A stretch of 64,000 nucleotides of DNA, taken from Verrucomicrobiia bacterium. GTDB lineage: Bacteria; Verrucomicrobiota; Verrucomicrobiia; Limisphaerales; UBA11358. This document shows, piece after piece, positions 9,601-17,442 of this stretch (positions are counted from its first letter, which is position 1; each line of letters begins with the position of its first letter). The translations under genes were made by a program, and so were the position numbers. The stretch covers positions 125,108 to 189,107 of the forward strand of contig JBAPQW010000053.1 in assembly GCA_049280815.1 (NCBI GenBank). The letters run 5' to 3'. A model generated the notes under the pieces. It saw only the letters and a list, made by a program, of their open reading frames with translations, was not told where the DNA came from and ran no database searches.

Positions 9601-12600
9601 TCTTCACCTGGTTCGTTCCATCCCACCATTGGTATCGTAACGGCACCGTTCCGATGGCGGTGACGGCAAAGATCGCCGTCGAACCCACCGCCATCGACTG
9701 GTTGGTGGCCGGTTGCACGGTGATTACGGGGGCCGCCAGCACGGTCAGCACGGCATTGGAACTGGTTACGGATCCGCCATTGTTCGTGATGATGAGCGAG
9801 TAGAATCCGCTGTCGTTTGTCTGCACGCCGGTGATGGTAAGCGTGAAGTTGGTGGCGCCGCTGATGCGCCCGCCATTCACCAGGTTCGTCCCGCTTTTCT
9901 GCCATTGAAATGAGAATGGCTGCGTGCCGCTCCCGCTGACGGTAAATGTCACGGTGGTGCCCACCCCGTTCGTCTGGCTGATTGGTTGAACGGTGATTGA
10001 CGGAGGGATGTTCGTCACCGTGAGGACGGCATTGGAGCTGGTCACCGATCCGGAAATGTTCGTGACGGTGAGCGTGTAGGTGCCGCTGTTGGTGGTCTGC
10101 GCATTGCTGATGGTCAGCACATTGGTGGTCGCGCCACTGATGGTCGGGCCGTTGTTAACGGTGCCATTCTTCACCTGGTTCGTCCCATCCCACCATTGGT
10201 ACCTTAAAGGCACCGTTCCGACTGCGGTGGCGGCAAAGACGGCCGTCGATCCCACGGCCATCATCTGGTTGGTGGCCGGTTGCACGAGGATCACCGGTGA
10301 CGATAGCACCGTCAGGACGGCATTGGAACTGGTTGCCGAGTTGGTGATTCCAGTCATGTTTGTGACGATGACGGTGTAGGTGCCACTGTTGGTCAGCTGC
10401 ACCCCGGTGATGGTCAGCACGTTGGTGGTTGCGCCGCTGAACTGGCCTCCATTCTTCACCAAATTCGTCCCGTCCAACCACCACTGGTAACTCAGCGGCG
10501 CCGTTCCGATGGCGGTGACCGCCAGGGTTACGGTCGTTCCCACCCCGTTTGTCTGGCTGGCCGGTTGCACGACGATCGACGGGAATACATTCGTCACGCC
10601 CAAATACGCAGGGGAACTGGTTATCGCTCCCCCATAATTTGTGACAATCAGCCAGTAGGCTCCGGCGTTGGTTAACTGCGCGGAGCTGATGGTCAGGGTG
10701 GCGCTGTTGGTTGCGCCGCTGATATTTCCCCCATTCACCACGTCAACCCCGTAACGTTGCCATTGCAAATAGAAAGGAAAGGTCCCGGTTCCCGAGGCGC
10801 TGAGGTTCACACTCGTACCGACCCCCACCGTTTGGCTTGCTGGTTGTGTCGTAATGACCGGCGGCTGGGTCGTCAGCGTGATTATGGTCAAAAAGGCGTC
10901 GCTCACGCCGTTAAGGCTGGGATGCAGGGCGCTGTTGGTCAGGAAGTTTGCGGAAAGCGTCTGGCCGATGACGTAGGCATTGCCATTGGTGTAAACCGCG
11001 ATGCCGTAGCCATAATCATTGTTCTGGCCGCCCAGATAGGTGGAATACAACAGGTTGGTGACGGTGGCGCTGAACGCGATGACGAAGGCGTCGCTCTGGC
11101 CGGCATTGTTGGTGAGCATCAGGCTGGGAACGTTGAAGGTCGGAAAATTGACCGAGGAAGCCGAGCCGGTCACAAATATATCTCCCGCCGGGTCCAAGGC
11201 CACCGCGTTGCCGATGTCCACGCCATTGCCGCCGAACAGGGCGGACCAGGCTATGACCGCATTCGTTCCGTCGTCGGTGATTTTGGTGAGAAAAACATTT
11301 GTGGCGAGTGAGCCGGAGGTGTTGGTGGCCAGGAACGACGAGAGGCCAGGGATGCTCGTGCCGATGGTGTTCGGGAAATTGGATGAAATGGTCCCCCCGG
11401 TGACATAGGCGGCGCCGGTGTTGTCCACGACAATGCCCGTGGCCACGTCGTTATTGGTGCTGCCGAGCAGGGTTGAATACACCAGGTTCGTGCCGGTGGG
11501 ATCAAGTTTGGCCACGAAGGCGTCGTAGCTGAAAGTGATGTTGGTCGAGCGGTTCAGCAAATTACCTTCGACCATATTGCCGCCGATCAATTGATGGACG
11601 AAATTGGTGGTTGGAAAATTGGTTGAGGCGGTGTAGCCGGTGACATAAACAAATCCGTTGGTGTCCACGGCGATGCCGGTGCCCGAGTCAAAATTGGTGC
11701 CGCCAAAGTAGGTGGAATAAACCAGCGGCGAACCGCCGGGGCCGATTTTGGCAATGAAGGCGTTGGCGTTGTAGAAAAAGGAATTGGTACAGGCCTGGTT
11801 TTTCTGCAGTGCGTTGACCGTAGGGAAGTTGCTGGAATAGGTGAAGCCAGTCACGTAGGCATTACCTGTCGCATCCAAAGCGATCGCCTTGCCGCAATCC
11901 GTGCTTGAACCGCCGAGATAGGTGGAATAAACCAGATTGGAGCCGCTGGAATCCAATTCCGTCACGAAGGCGTCGACCGGATAATAACCATAACTTGGGT
12001 CGAGTATGCCGCTGATTGTCTTGTAAAGCGCGTTGGTGGAGGTCGGAAAATTGGGCGAATCTGTAAAACCGGTTAAATAGGCGTTGCCGGCGGGATCAAC
12101 GGCGATGCCGAAGGCCCCATCGTCGGCGCTGCCGCCAAGATAGGTGAGATAAGCGGGGACATGGTTTTGAGCGTTAAACTTGCAGACAAACGCGTCCCCG
12201 GTCAAACCGCCCCCGGCAAAATTTGTCTGGAATGCGCCGGGTGTGGAAAAAGATTTGGTGGCGCTAAACTGCGTGGAAAGCGTCTGGCCGGTCACATAGA
12301 CATTGCCATTGGTGTCCAAAGCCACGGCATAAGCCGTGTCACCGTTATTGCCGCCGAAGTAACTTGAATAGCTCAAAAACGGATCAATGACCAGCGGCTG
12401 GCTGAGATCATATTTACCAACCGTGAAGGCGACCGTGTGTGCATCCACCATCCGGTAACCGCCGGTTATTTCTTTTCGCCCGTCAGCCGTTGTCTGGTAA
12501 ATCACCGGTTTGGGCTGCCGAATTTCGCCCCCCGCCAGACTCAAAACCAGTTCGTCCTGCGGGCTGATGGTGATTTTATCCGCTCCGTCAAAATGCATGG

Positions 12601-13087
12601 TGATGGCCTGCGGGTTGGCGCCCGGCGCCACGGTGAAATCATATTCAAGCCGATGCTGATTGCCGTAGTAAACCAGATCCACGCCGGGATAAAGCCCGCC
12701 GACGCGGACCTGGGCGAACATGGGCACGCCCGTACGCCACCGCTCGGGATTGTTGCCGGTGAGGTAGTTGATTTTGCCGGGCAATTCGGTGCCGCCGCAG
12801 ATGAGCGCCTGCAGATTGGCGCCGGCGAATTGCAGGTGTACGCCGGCGGGCTTGGCGCCGGTCTGGCGAAGTCCAATTTGCACTTCGGTCGGCGCAATCA
12901 AAAATTGGTAATCCTGGCCGCGGGCCATGAACTGCTCCGGGGCATCGGCCTGAACCTGCCTGGCCTCAAAGTAAAGCGGCAGATCGACCGGCATCGCGGT
13001 TGGCGCGGCCATGGCCGGCAACACCAGCAGGCCCAAGGCCAGCCCGGGGAGGCCCGCCGACAGAATGTTTTTTGCCAGACGAATCAT
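6692..13087 (-). CDS. giant secreted repeat protein: 7 SBBP beta-propeller repeats plus 14 Ig-like (I-set-like) domains
   Basis: 2131 aa from the ATG at 13087, with signal peptide MIRLAKNILSAGLPGLALGLLVLPAMAAP. There are seven Y[VL]TG.T.S.NFPT-type repeats, then 14 domains of about 90-95 aa. The domain pattern is QP..Q.V..GS..TF.V.A.GT.PLSYQWQ..G.NL...(ISGATT).L.I.N.Q..N.G.Y.V.VTN..GSVTS. The C-terminal module of about 85 aa is unassigned. Confidence 0.85.
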   Translation of the reverse strand: MIRLAKNILSAGLPGLALGLLVLPAMAAPTAMPVDLPLYFEARQVQADAPEQFMARGQDYQFLIAPTEVQIGLRQTGAKPAGVHLQFAGANLQALICGGTELPGKINYLTGNNPERWRTGVPMFAQVRVGGLYPGVDLVYYGNQHRLEYDFTVAPGANPQAITMHFDGADKITISPQDELVLSLAGGEIRQPKPVIYQTTADGRKEITGGYRMVDAHTVAFTVGKYDLSQPLVIDPFLSYSSYFGGNNGDTAYAVALDTNGNVYVTGQTLSTQFSATKSFSTPGAFQTNFAGGGLTGDAFVCKFNAQNHVPAYLTYLGGSADDGAFGIAVDPAGNAYLTGFTDSPNFPTSTNALYKTISGILDPSYGYYPVDAFVTELDSSGSNLVYSTYLGGSSTDCGKAIALDATGNAYVTGFTYSSNFPTVNALQKNQACTNSFFYNANAFIAKIGPGGSPLVYSTYFGGTNFDSGTGIAVDTNGFVYVTGYTASTNFPTTNFVHQLIGGNMVEGNLLNRSTNITFSYDAFVAKLDPTGTNLVYSTLLGSTNNDVATGIVVDNTGAAYVTGGTISSNFPNTIGTSIPGLSSFLATNTSGSLATNVFLTKITDDGTNAVIAWSALFGGNGVDIGNAVALDPAGDIFVTGSASSVNFPTFNVPSLMLTNNAGQSDAFVIAFSATVTNLLYSTYLGGQNNDYGYGIAVYTNGNAYVIGQTLSANFLTNSALHPSLNGVSDAFLTIITLTTQPPVITTQPASQTVGVGTSVNLSASGTGTFPFYLQWQRYGVDVVNGGNISGATNSATLTISSAQLTNAGAYWLIVTNYGGAITSSPAYLGVTNVFPSIVVQPASQTNGVGTTVTLAVTAIGTAPLSYQWWLDGTNLVKNGGQFSGATTNVLTITGVQLTNSGTYTVIVTNMTGITNSATSSNAVLTVLSSPVILVQPATNQMMAVGSTAVFAATAVGTVPLRYQWWDGTNQVKNGTVNNGPTISGATTNVLTISNAQTTNSGTYTLTVTNISGSVTSSNAVLTVTNIPPSITVQPISQTNGVGTTVTFTVSGSGTQPFSFQWQKSGTNLVNGGRISGATNFTLTITGVQTNDSGFYSLIITNNGGSVTSSNAVLTVLAAPVITVQPATNQSMAVGSTAIFAVTAIGTVPLRYQWWDGTNQVKNGTVNHGPTISGATTNVLIISNAQTTNTGNYTVSITNVSGSVTSSVASLSVTNIPPTIISLQPTNLTLAAGSNVTFTVTATGTAPLSYQWQVGGTNLANGGSISGATTNKLTISNAQATNSGSYSVIVTNFGGSATSSNALLTVTNIPPTITLQPTNQTISMGSLATFVVTATGPAPLSYQWQVDGTNLVNGGSITGASTNILKISNASTNYSSTNYSVVITNLGGSVTSSVVSLTVLGAPVITMQPATNLSIAVGSNATFNVTAIGMVPLSYHWQLNGTNLVNGGQISGATSTNLIISNAQTNNSSPNYTVVVTNLAGSVTSLVASLTVTNIPPAITMQPMSQTNGVGTTVTLAVTATGTAPLSYRWQLNGTNLVNGGQFSGATTNALKISTVQLTNSGNYTVIITNFGGSVTSSVATLTVQASPIIVAQPTDQSMAVGATATFTVTAIGTVPLIYQWWDGTNLVKNGTFNGANISGAATVQLNISNAQTNNSGNYTVTVTNISGSVTSLVASLLVTNIPPMITSLQPTNQSVVAGSNVTFTITATGTAPLSYQWQVGGVNLTNAGNISGVTTTVLKINNAQTNNTGNYTVVVTNYGGSVTGSVGLAVASSPVILALQPTNQAVAVGSNPSFAVTAIGLAPLSYHWQLNGTNLINGPYNGGFISGATNTVLTFGDVRQISSGNYNVVITNSAGSVTSSYVVLTVTNIPPAITLQPTNQTVGAGSTITFVVTATGTAPLSYQWQVDETNLLVDGGQISGATTNVLTITNVQTTNIGNYTVTITNAGGSVTSTNALLTVTNIPPAIIVQPTNQTAGLGSTVTLTVLATGTAPLSYQWQMNETNLVDGGQFSGSISNILIISNVQLTNDGTYTVTITNLAGSVTSSNALLTVGSLSFTGIVAAPGGGAFILSGFGGTNNGTYYVLMSSNLLVPVTNWTSIATNQFDSFGGFIFTNTAQTNSAQEFYLLQMP
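6935..10875 (-). repeat. in-frame tandem array encoding 14 Ig-like domains
   Basis: I counted 14 [LF].[YF][QHR]W[QW] motifs. Units are about 270-290 bp, and some non-adjacent units are about 90% identical at DNA level (for example 9531-9720 vs 10098-10287). Confidence 0.8.
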
Positions 13088-13088
13088 T

Positions 13089-15560
13089 TTAAAAGGGGCG
13101 TTGCCAGCCGACACCGAATTGGAAACGGCCGCCCCCGCCGTTGTACTGATCGTGATGGATCGGAATGCCATATTCAAGCCGCAACGGACCAAGTTTCGGA
13201 ATGTTGATATGCAGGCCAAGGCCCCAGTCATCATCAAAATTTCCCGAGGTCGCATAGGAATAGGATTTCATGCCAACTTCGCCGATATCATAGAACAGGG
13301 CGAAGCGCACGCCAGGACCGTTGTCGGTTTCAAAAACGGGCAGGGTGTATTCCACCGAGCCGAACCACATGGTGTCGCCGCCAATCGGTTCGTTGGCCAT
13401 ATTGGGGTTGATGCCGTACGTCGGGTCGCGCGGAGAGACATTGCGGAATTTGAAGCCGCGGAGCGAATAAAGGCCGCCGAGGTAATACTGGTCATAAAAT
13501 GGCACGTCGCCGCCGCTCAGACTGTCCGCAATCCCGGTGCGTCCCACCACCTCCAGCACGTGGCCGGTGAACAGGCCGGGGAAATACCAGGCGGTTTTGA
13601 TTTGCAGTTTGTAATACGTGATGTCCCCGAGGCTGATTTCCGGGTCGAATTCCGTTCGTTGGCCGTGGTTCGGCAGTTTCGTGCTGTTGCGGGTGTCATA
13701 GGCGATCGTGGTGCCAAAACGGTTGTACAAATGATCGCCGGTTTGCTCGATTATGGCCGTAGGCGTATTCCCCTGCACCGGTTGTGGAACTCCATTTATC
13801 GTCTGGAATTCGTTTCCATGCCAACCGCTGTTCAGGCTGATGCCCACGTCCTCGAGGGTATAGCTGATGCTGCCGATGAAAAAGTCGCTCCACAGCGCGC
13901 GCGTCAAGCTCAGGCGCATGCCGGTGCGGGTTTCGTCATAAATATTGTTGGGGCTTTCGAAATTCAATTGATGCCGGTAGAGATCCACGCCGAACGCGAG
14001 CTTCTTGTTCATAAACCACGGTTCGACAAACGACAGCTCATAGTCCTGGCGCTTGGTGCCGAGCTGAACGAACAGGCGCAGTTTCTGGCCGGCGCCGGTG
14101 AACGTGGGCGGATGGAACAGGTCCGCATTCCCTTGCGAAACCTCGACGTAACCGACGAGCGAATCCACGGAACTGAAGCCGGCGCCGAGCATGAAGTTGC
14201 CGGTGTTCTTTTCATCCACGTTCACGATCAAATCCTTGCGCCCGGCAATCGGGGGATCGGTCGCTTGCGGCCGCATGTCCACCTTCTCAAAATAATCGAG
14301 CCCTTCGAGGCGTTGCTGGCTGATCTTGACGCGCACCATGTCAAACACCTCGCCCGGCGCAATCGCCAGTTCCCGGCGGATGACCTTGTCCTTGGTTTTT
14401 TCATTGCCGCGGATGTCGATTCTTTCGACGTGGGATTTATCGCCTTCCTTGATTTGAAATTCCAGGTCCATCGTGCCCGTTTCCACGTTGGGAATGTACT
14501 CGGCGCGCAGCGTCGGTCCCCGCACCACGTCAATGTAACCCTTGCTGCCGTAAAAATCCTCGATGGCCTGCGTGTCCTTGTCCAGACCCTCGGGGGTGAA
14601 AATGCCGCCGGTATCCATCGCCAGGCCATGCGGTCCGAGTTTGGCCTTGGAATGCTGGAAGTCGTGGACGGCTTCCAGGCCGAGGTGGATTTGTTCCACG
14701 GTGAACAGTTTGTTGCCGGTGAAGACGACCGAGCCGACCTTGTATTGCCGTCCTTCGTAAAGGTAAAACTTGATGACCATCGAGTTGGTGGTCGGGTGGT
14801 CGAACCGCACGTCCTTGATTTCAAAGTCCAGATAGCCGTGATTGTGGTAAAAGTCGGTGAGCGCTTCGCGGTCATCCTGGAACTGGTCCTCCTTGAACAC
14901 GCCGTTGCCGGACAGCCACGACCACATCCAGTGCCGCTTGGTCTTGATCTGTTTGCGCAGCTCCTTTTGGGTGTAGGCGGCCGCGCCGATGAAATCGAGC
15001 GCCTGGATTTTGATCTTCGTCGCCTCGGTGATGACAAACGTGACCGTGCCGCGTCCGGCATTTTCGTCTATGTCCAGGACATACTTTGCCTGCGAGCCGG
15101 CATAACCGTATTTTTCGTAAAGCTTCTGGATTTCCTGGCTGTCGGTGAACAGCTTCTGCTCGTCGAGCGGCTGGCCCGTCTTGACCGTGATTTTTTTCTT
15201 TATCTTTGAGGTGCTGACCTTTTTGTTGCCCTCAATTTTGATGTCCGTCAGCCGCGGCCTCGCCTGCACCAGATAAGTCAGGATCACGCCGCCGGCATCG
15301 CCCGGGTCCACCGTGACGCGGATGTTGTAAAACTGTCCGGTCGCATAGAGCGAATGGATGTCATCCTCGGTGGCGGCGGGGAAATAGGTGTCGCCCGCCT
15401 TGAGGCGGATGTTGGCCCGGACGTAGGGCTCGCTGACCGAGGCGGGGCCGACATACTTCACGTCCAGCCGCTCGATTTTCGGGCCGGCGGGCTGCGACCA
15501 CGCGACCGACGCGCAGGCCAGCAACAGCCAGGCCCCGAAAAGGCGGGAAAAATATTTCAT
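13089..15560 (-). CDS. bamA: outer membrane protein assembly factor BamA
   Basis: 823 aa with a signal peptide. It has POTRA-like N-terminal repeats (IERLDVKYVG, IKIEGNKKVS, IQALDFIGA, VVFTGNKLF, IDIRGNEKT) and an Omp85 barrel ending in QRPF. Confidence 0.9.
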   Translation of the reverse strand: MKYFSRLFGAWLLLACASVAWSQPAGPKIERLDVKYVGPASVSEPYVRANIRLKAGDTYFPAATEDDIHSLYATGQFYNIRVTVDPGDAGGVILTYLVQARPRLTDIKIEGNKKVSTSKIKKKITVKTGQPLDEQKLFTDSQEIQKLYEKYGYAGSQAKYVLDIDENAGRGTVTFVITEATKIKIQALDFIGAAAYTQKELRKQIKTKRHWMWSWLSGNGVFKEDQFQDDREALTDFYHNHGYLDFEIKDVRFDHPTTNSMVIKFYLYEGRQYKVGSVVFTGNKLFTVEQIHLGLEAVHDFQHSKAKLGPHGLAMDTGGIFTPEGLDKDTQAIEDFYGSKGYIDVVRGPTLRAEYIPNVETGTMDLEFQIKEGDKSHVERIDIRGNEKTKDKVIRRELAIAPGEVFDMVRVKISQQRLEGLDYFEKVDMRPQATDPPIAGRKDLIVNVDEKNTGNFMLGAGFSSVDSLVGYVEVSQGNADLFHPPTFTGAGQKLRLFVQLGTKRQDYELSFVEPWFMNKKLAFGVDLYRHQLNFESPNNIYDETRTGMRLSLTRALWSDFFIGSISYTLEDVGISLNSGWHGNEFQTINGVPQPVQGNTPTAIIEQTGDHLYNRFGTTIAYDTRNSTKLPNHGQRTEFDPEISLGDITYYKLQIKTAWYFPGLFTGHVLEVVGRTGIADSLSGGDVPFYDQYYLGGLYSLRGFKFRNVSPRDPTYGINPNMANEPIGGDTMWFGSVEYTLPVFETDNGPGVRFALFYDIGEVGMKSYSYATSGNFDDDWGLGLHINIPKLGPLRLEYGIPIHHDQYNGGGGRFQFGVGWQRPF

Positions 15561-15563
15561 CGG

Positions 15564-17036
15564 CTATCGGTCCACCGGCACGTCTTCGTCGCTGACTTTG
15601 GCTGCGCTTTCAAAACGAGTGTACGGCTTCAAAAAGGTTAAATTCACATCGCCCGTGGGGCCATTGCGCTGCTTGGCGATCAACAGATTGACCGGCAGGC
15701 CCTCCGGCTCTTCCGCCGCGGCACCCTCTTCATCGTCGCCGGCGTTCGGTTTGTACAACAGACCTACCACGTCGGCATCCTGTTCAATCGCGCCGGATTC
15801 GCGCAGATCAGACAACCGCGGCTTGCGGCTCTTGTCCTTCTCCAGTTCGCGGTTCAACTGGCTGAGCACGAGCACCGGCACCTTCAATTCCTTCGCCAGC
15901 GCCTTGAGACCGCTGGAAATGTCCGCAATTTCCTGCTGCCGGTTCTCCTGTGAACGCCGCGCAGTAGAATGCAATAACTGGAGATAATCAACCACAAAAA
16001 GCTTCACCCCGTGCTGCTGCGCCAGCCGCCGCGCCCGCGCCCGGAGCTGCAGAATTGAAAGCCCCGCCGAATCATCAATGAACAACGGCGCGTTCGCCAG
16101 CCGGCCCGCCGCGCTGGTCAGCTTCGGAAAATCCGACTCGCTCATGAAACCTTCCCGGATGCTCCGCAGGTTCACCCGCGCGATGGAACACATCATGCGC
16201 AAGACCAGCGCCTCGGCGCTCATTTCCAGGCTGAACACGGCCGCCGGCAGCTTTTGCTCCAGCACGACGTGCTCCACGATGTTCATCGCGAGGGACGTCT
16301 TGCCCATGGATGGCCGCGCGGCGATGACGACCATCTCGCTCCCGTGCAGCCCGTCGGTCATCCGGTCCAGGTCCGCAAAGCCCGTCCCCAGCCCGCTCAA
16401 CACACCCTTGCGGCTGAAATAATTCTCAATCGTCCCGATCGCCTTGCCCACCAGTTCCTTGGTTGACAGCACGGCGCCCTGCACGCGCGCCTCGCTGATG
16501 CGCAACACGTCGCGCTCCACCTCGTCCATCAGCGCGTCCACCTCGCCCTCGTAATCATAGACCCGCCCGACGACGTCCGTGCAGGTGTGGATCATTTTCC
16601 GCAGCAGGAATTTCTCGCGTACGATCTCCAGATAGTAGGAAAGATTCGCCGCGCTCGGCACCGCGTCCTGCAACTGTGCCAGGTAGGCAATGCCGCCAAC
16701 CTGCTCCAGGAGTTGCTGGTCCTTGAGCCGTTGCTGGACCGTGATGACGTCGATGGCCTCGCGCGTGTCGAACATGGTCACGAGGGTTTCGAAAATTGTC
16801 TGGTGCCGCAGGTCGTAGAAAACCTCCCGGCCGTCCCCCCGGATTTTTTCCAGGCATTCGCCCATGCACTCGTTCGGCGAGAGCAGGACGCAGCCCAGCA
16901 CGCCCTGTTCGGCCTCGGGCGAATGCGGCGGCAACCGGTCAACGGTGGGGCGGGCGTCGGCGCGCGCCGCTTTTTGCCGGCGGGTCTTCTTTAAATCGGC
17001 GGCGGCCCCGGCGGCTTCGGAAACGGAATCAATCAT
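15564..17036 (-). CDS. dnaB: replicative DNA helicase DnaB
   Basis: DnaB N-terminal domain (PPHSPEAEQGVLGCVLL), Walker A (ARPSMGKTS) and the RecA-like core are present. The start is the ATG at 17036 or the upstream codon at 17060. Confidence 0.9.
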   Translation of the reverse strand: MIDSVSEAAGAAADLKKTRRQKAARADARPTVDRLPPHSPEAEQGVLGCVLLSPNECMGECLEKIRGDGREVFYDLRHQTIFETLVTMFDTREAIDVITVQQRLKDQQLLEQVGGIAYLAQLQDAVPSAANLSYYLEIVREKFLLRKMIHTCTDVVGRVYDYEGEVDALMDEVERDVLRISEARVQGAVLSTKELVGKAIGTIENYFSRKGVLSGLGTGFADLDRMTDGLHGSEMVVIAARPSMGKTSLAMNIVEHVVLEQKLPAAVFSLEMSAEALVLRMMCSIARVNLRSIREGFMSESDFPKLTSAAGRLANAPLFIDDSAGLSILQLRARARRLAQQHGVKLFVVDYLQLLHSTARRSQENRQQEIADISSGLKALAKELKVPVLVLSQLNRELEKDKSRKPRLSDLRESGAIEQDADVVGLLYKPNAGDDEEGAAAEEPEGLPVNLLIAKQRNGPTGDVNLTFLKPYTRFESAAKVSDEDVPVDR

Positions 17037-17072
17037 GGCGCAACAAGAGGGGAGTTCCACCCCGGTGGCAAA

Positions 17073-17109
17073 TTTGACTTATTGGTTTTTGATAACACGA
17101 TCTTCACAA
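17073..17109 (+). repeat. 37-nt direct repeat, copy 1
   Basis: TTTGACTTATTGGTTTTTGATAACACGATCTTCACAA. It matches copy 2 at 36 of 37 positions. Confidence 0.9.
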
Positions 17110-17186
17110 TCAACAAGCTTCCTGTGGATACTTTCAGAACAAGTTCCAGTTGTCAGCAGAAAGATTGTTTGGGAAATTAGAAATAG

Positions 17187-17300
17187 AATGCAGGCCGAGG
17201 GCGGTTTTGGAAGCCGCCAGTTTGACATCGGTTGCCTAATCAGCGTGGTTGAGTTTGGACCTCAACAACTCGCCGACACCAAAACAACCCGGCCTGCATT
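17187..17300. other. inverted-repeat-closed structured element (candidate ncRNA/leader or MITE)
   Basis: A perfect 11-bp inverted repeat, AATGCAGGCCG (17187-17197) and CGGCCTGCATT (17290-17300), encloses two hairpins. These are GGCGG-N9-CCGCC (17200-17218) and GTTGAG-TTTGGAC-CTCAAC (17248-17266). Confidence 0.35.
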
Positions 17301-17333
17301 TAATGTTTTATGTGAAAGTGGCAGGGTTGAAAG

Positions 17334-17370
17334 TTTGACTTATTGGTTTTTGATAACACGGTCTTCACAA
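17334..17370 (+). repeat. 37-nt direct repeat, copy 2
   Basis: TTTGACTTATTGGTTTTTGATAACACGGTCTTCACAA. It lies 261 bp downstream of copy 1 and 73 nt upstream of the MFS ATG. Confidence 0.9.
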
Positions 17371-17442
17371 AGAGAATTAAATTCCCCGCGGCCAACTTGG
17401 TTGACTCGTCTCCAAACAACACTAGACTTTGCGCGGTTCAAA

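Noticed and set aside
6734-9905. ORFs of 704, 388 and 362 aa inside or antisense to the giant Ig-repeat gene
   Set aside because: These are off-frame or antisense readings of repeat DNA, giving periodic R/G/D/H-rich low complexity. Only the annotated minus-strand frame yields a signal peptide plus coherent propeller and Ig-domain sequence.
13088-13255. Upstream start (13255) for the giant gene given by the ORF track
   Set aside because: It would overlap the bamA 3' end by 167 nt. The signal peptide begins at Met57 (ATG at 13087), 1 nt after the bamA stop.
13011-15209. 732-aa plus-strand ORF
   Set aside because: It is antisense to bamA, which has clear POTRA/Omp85 features. No recognisable motifs.
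17123-17131. TGTGGATAC, a DnaA-box-like 9-mer near dnaB
   Set aside because: It is a single imperfect box with no cluster of boxes, AT-rich DUE or dnaA context, which is insufficient for an origin call.
16864-17442. Frame open for 193 codons upstream of the MFS ATG (would add an N-terminal extension containing LTYWFLITRSSQ twice)
   Set aside because: The first part is antisense to dnaB. The remainder is AT-rich with rare A/T-ending codons unlike the rest of the genome, and the canonical MFS N-terminus begins at 17443. The open frame is noted but judged non-coding.
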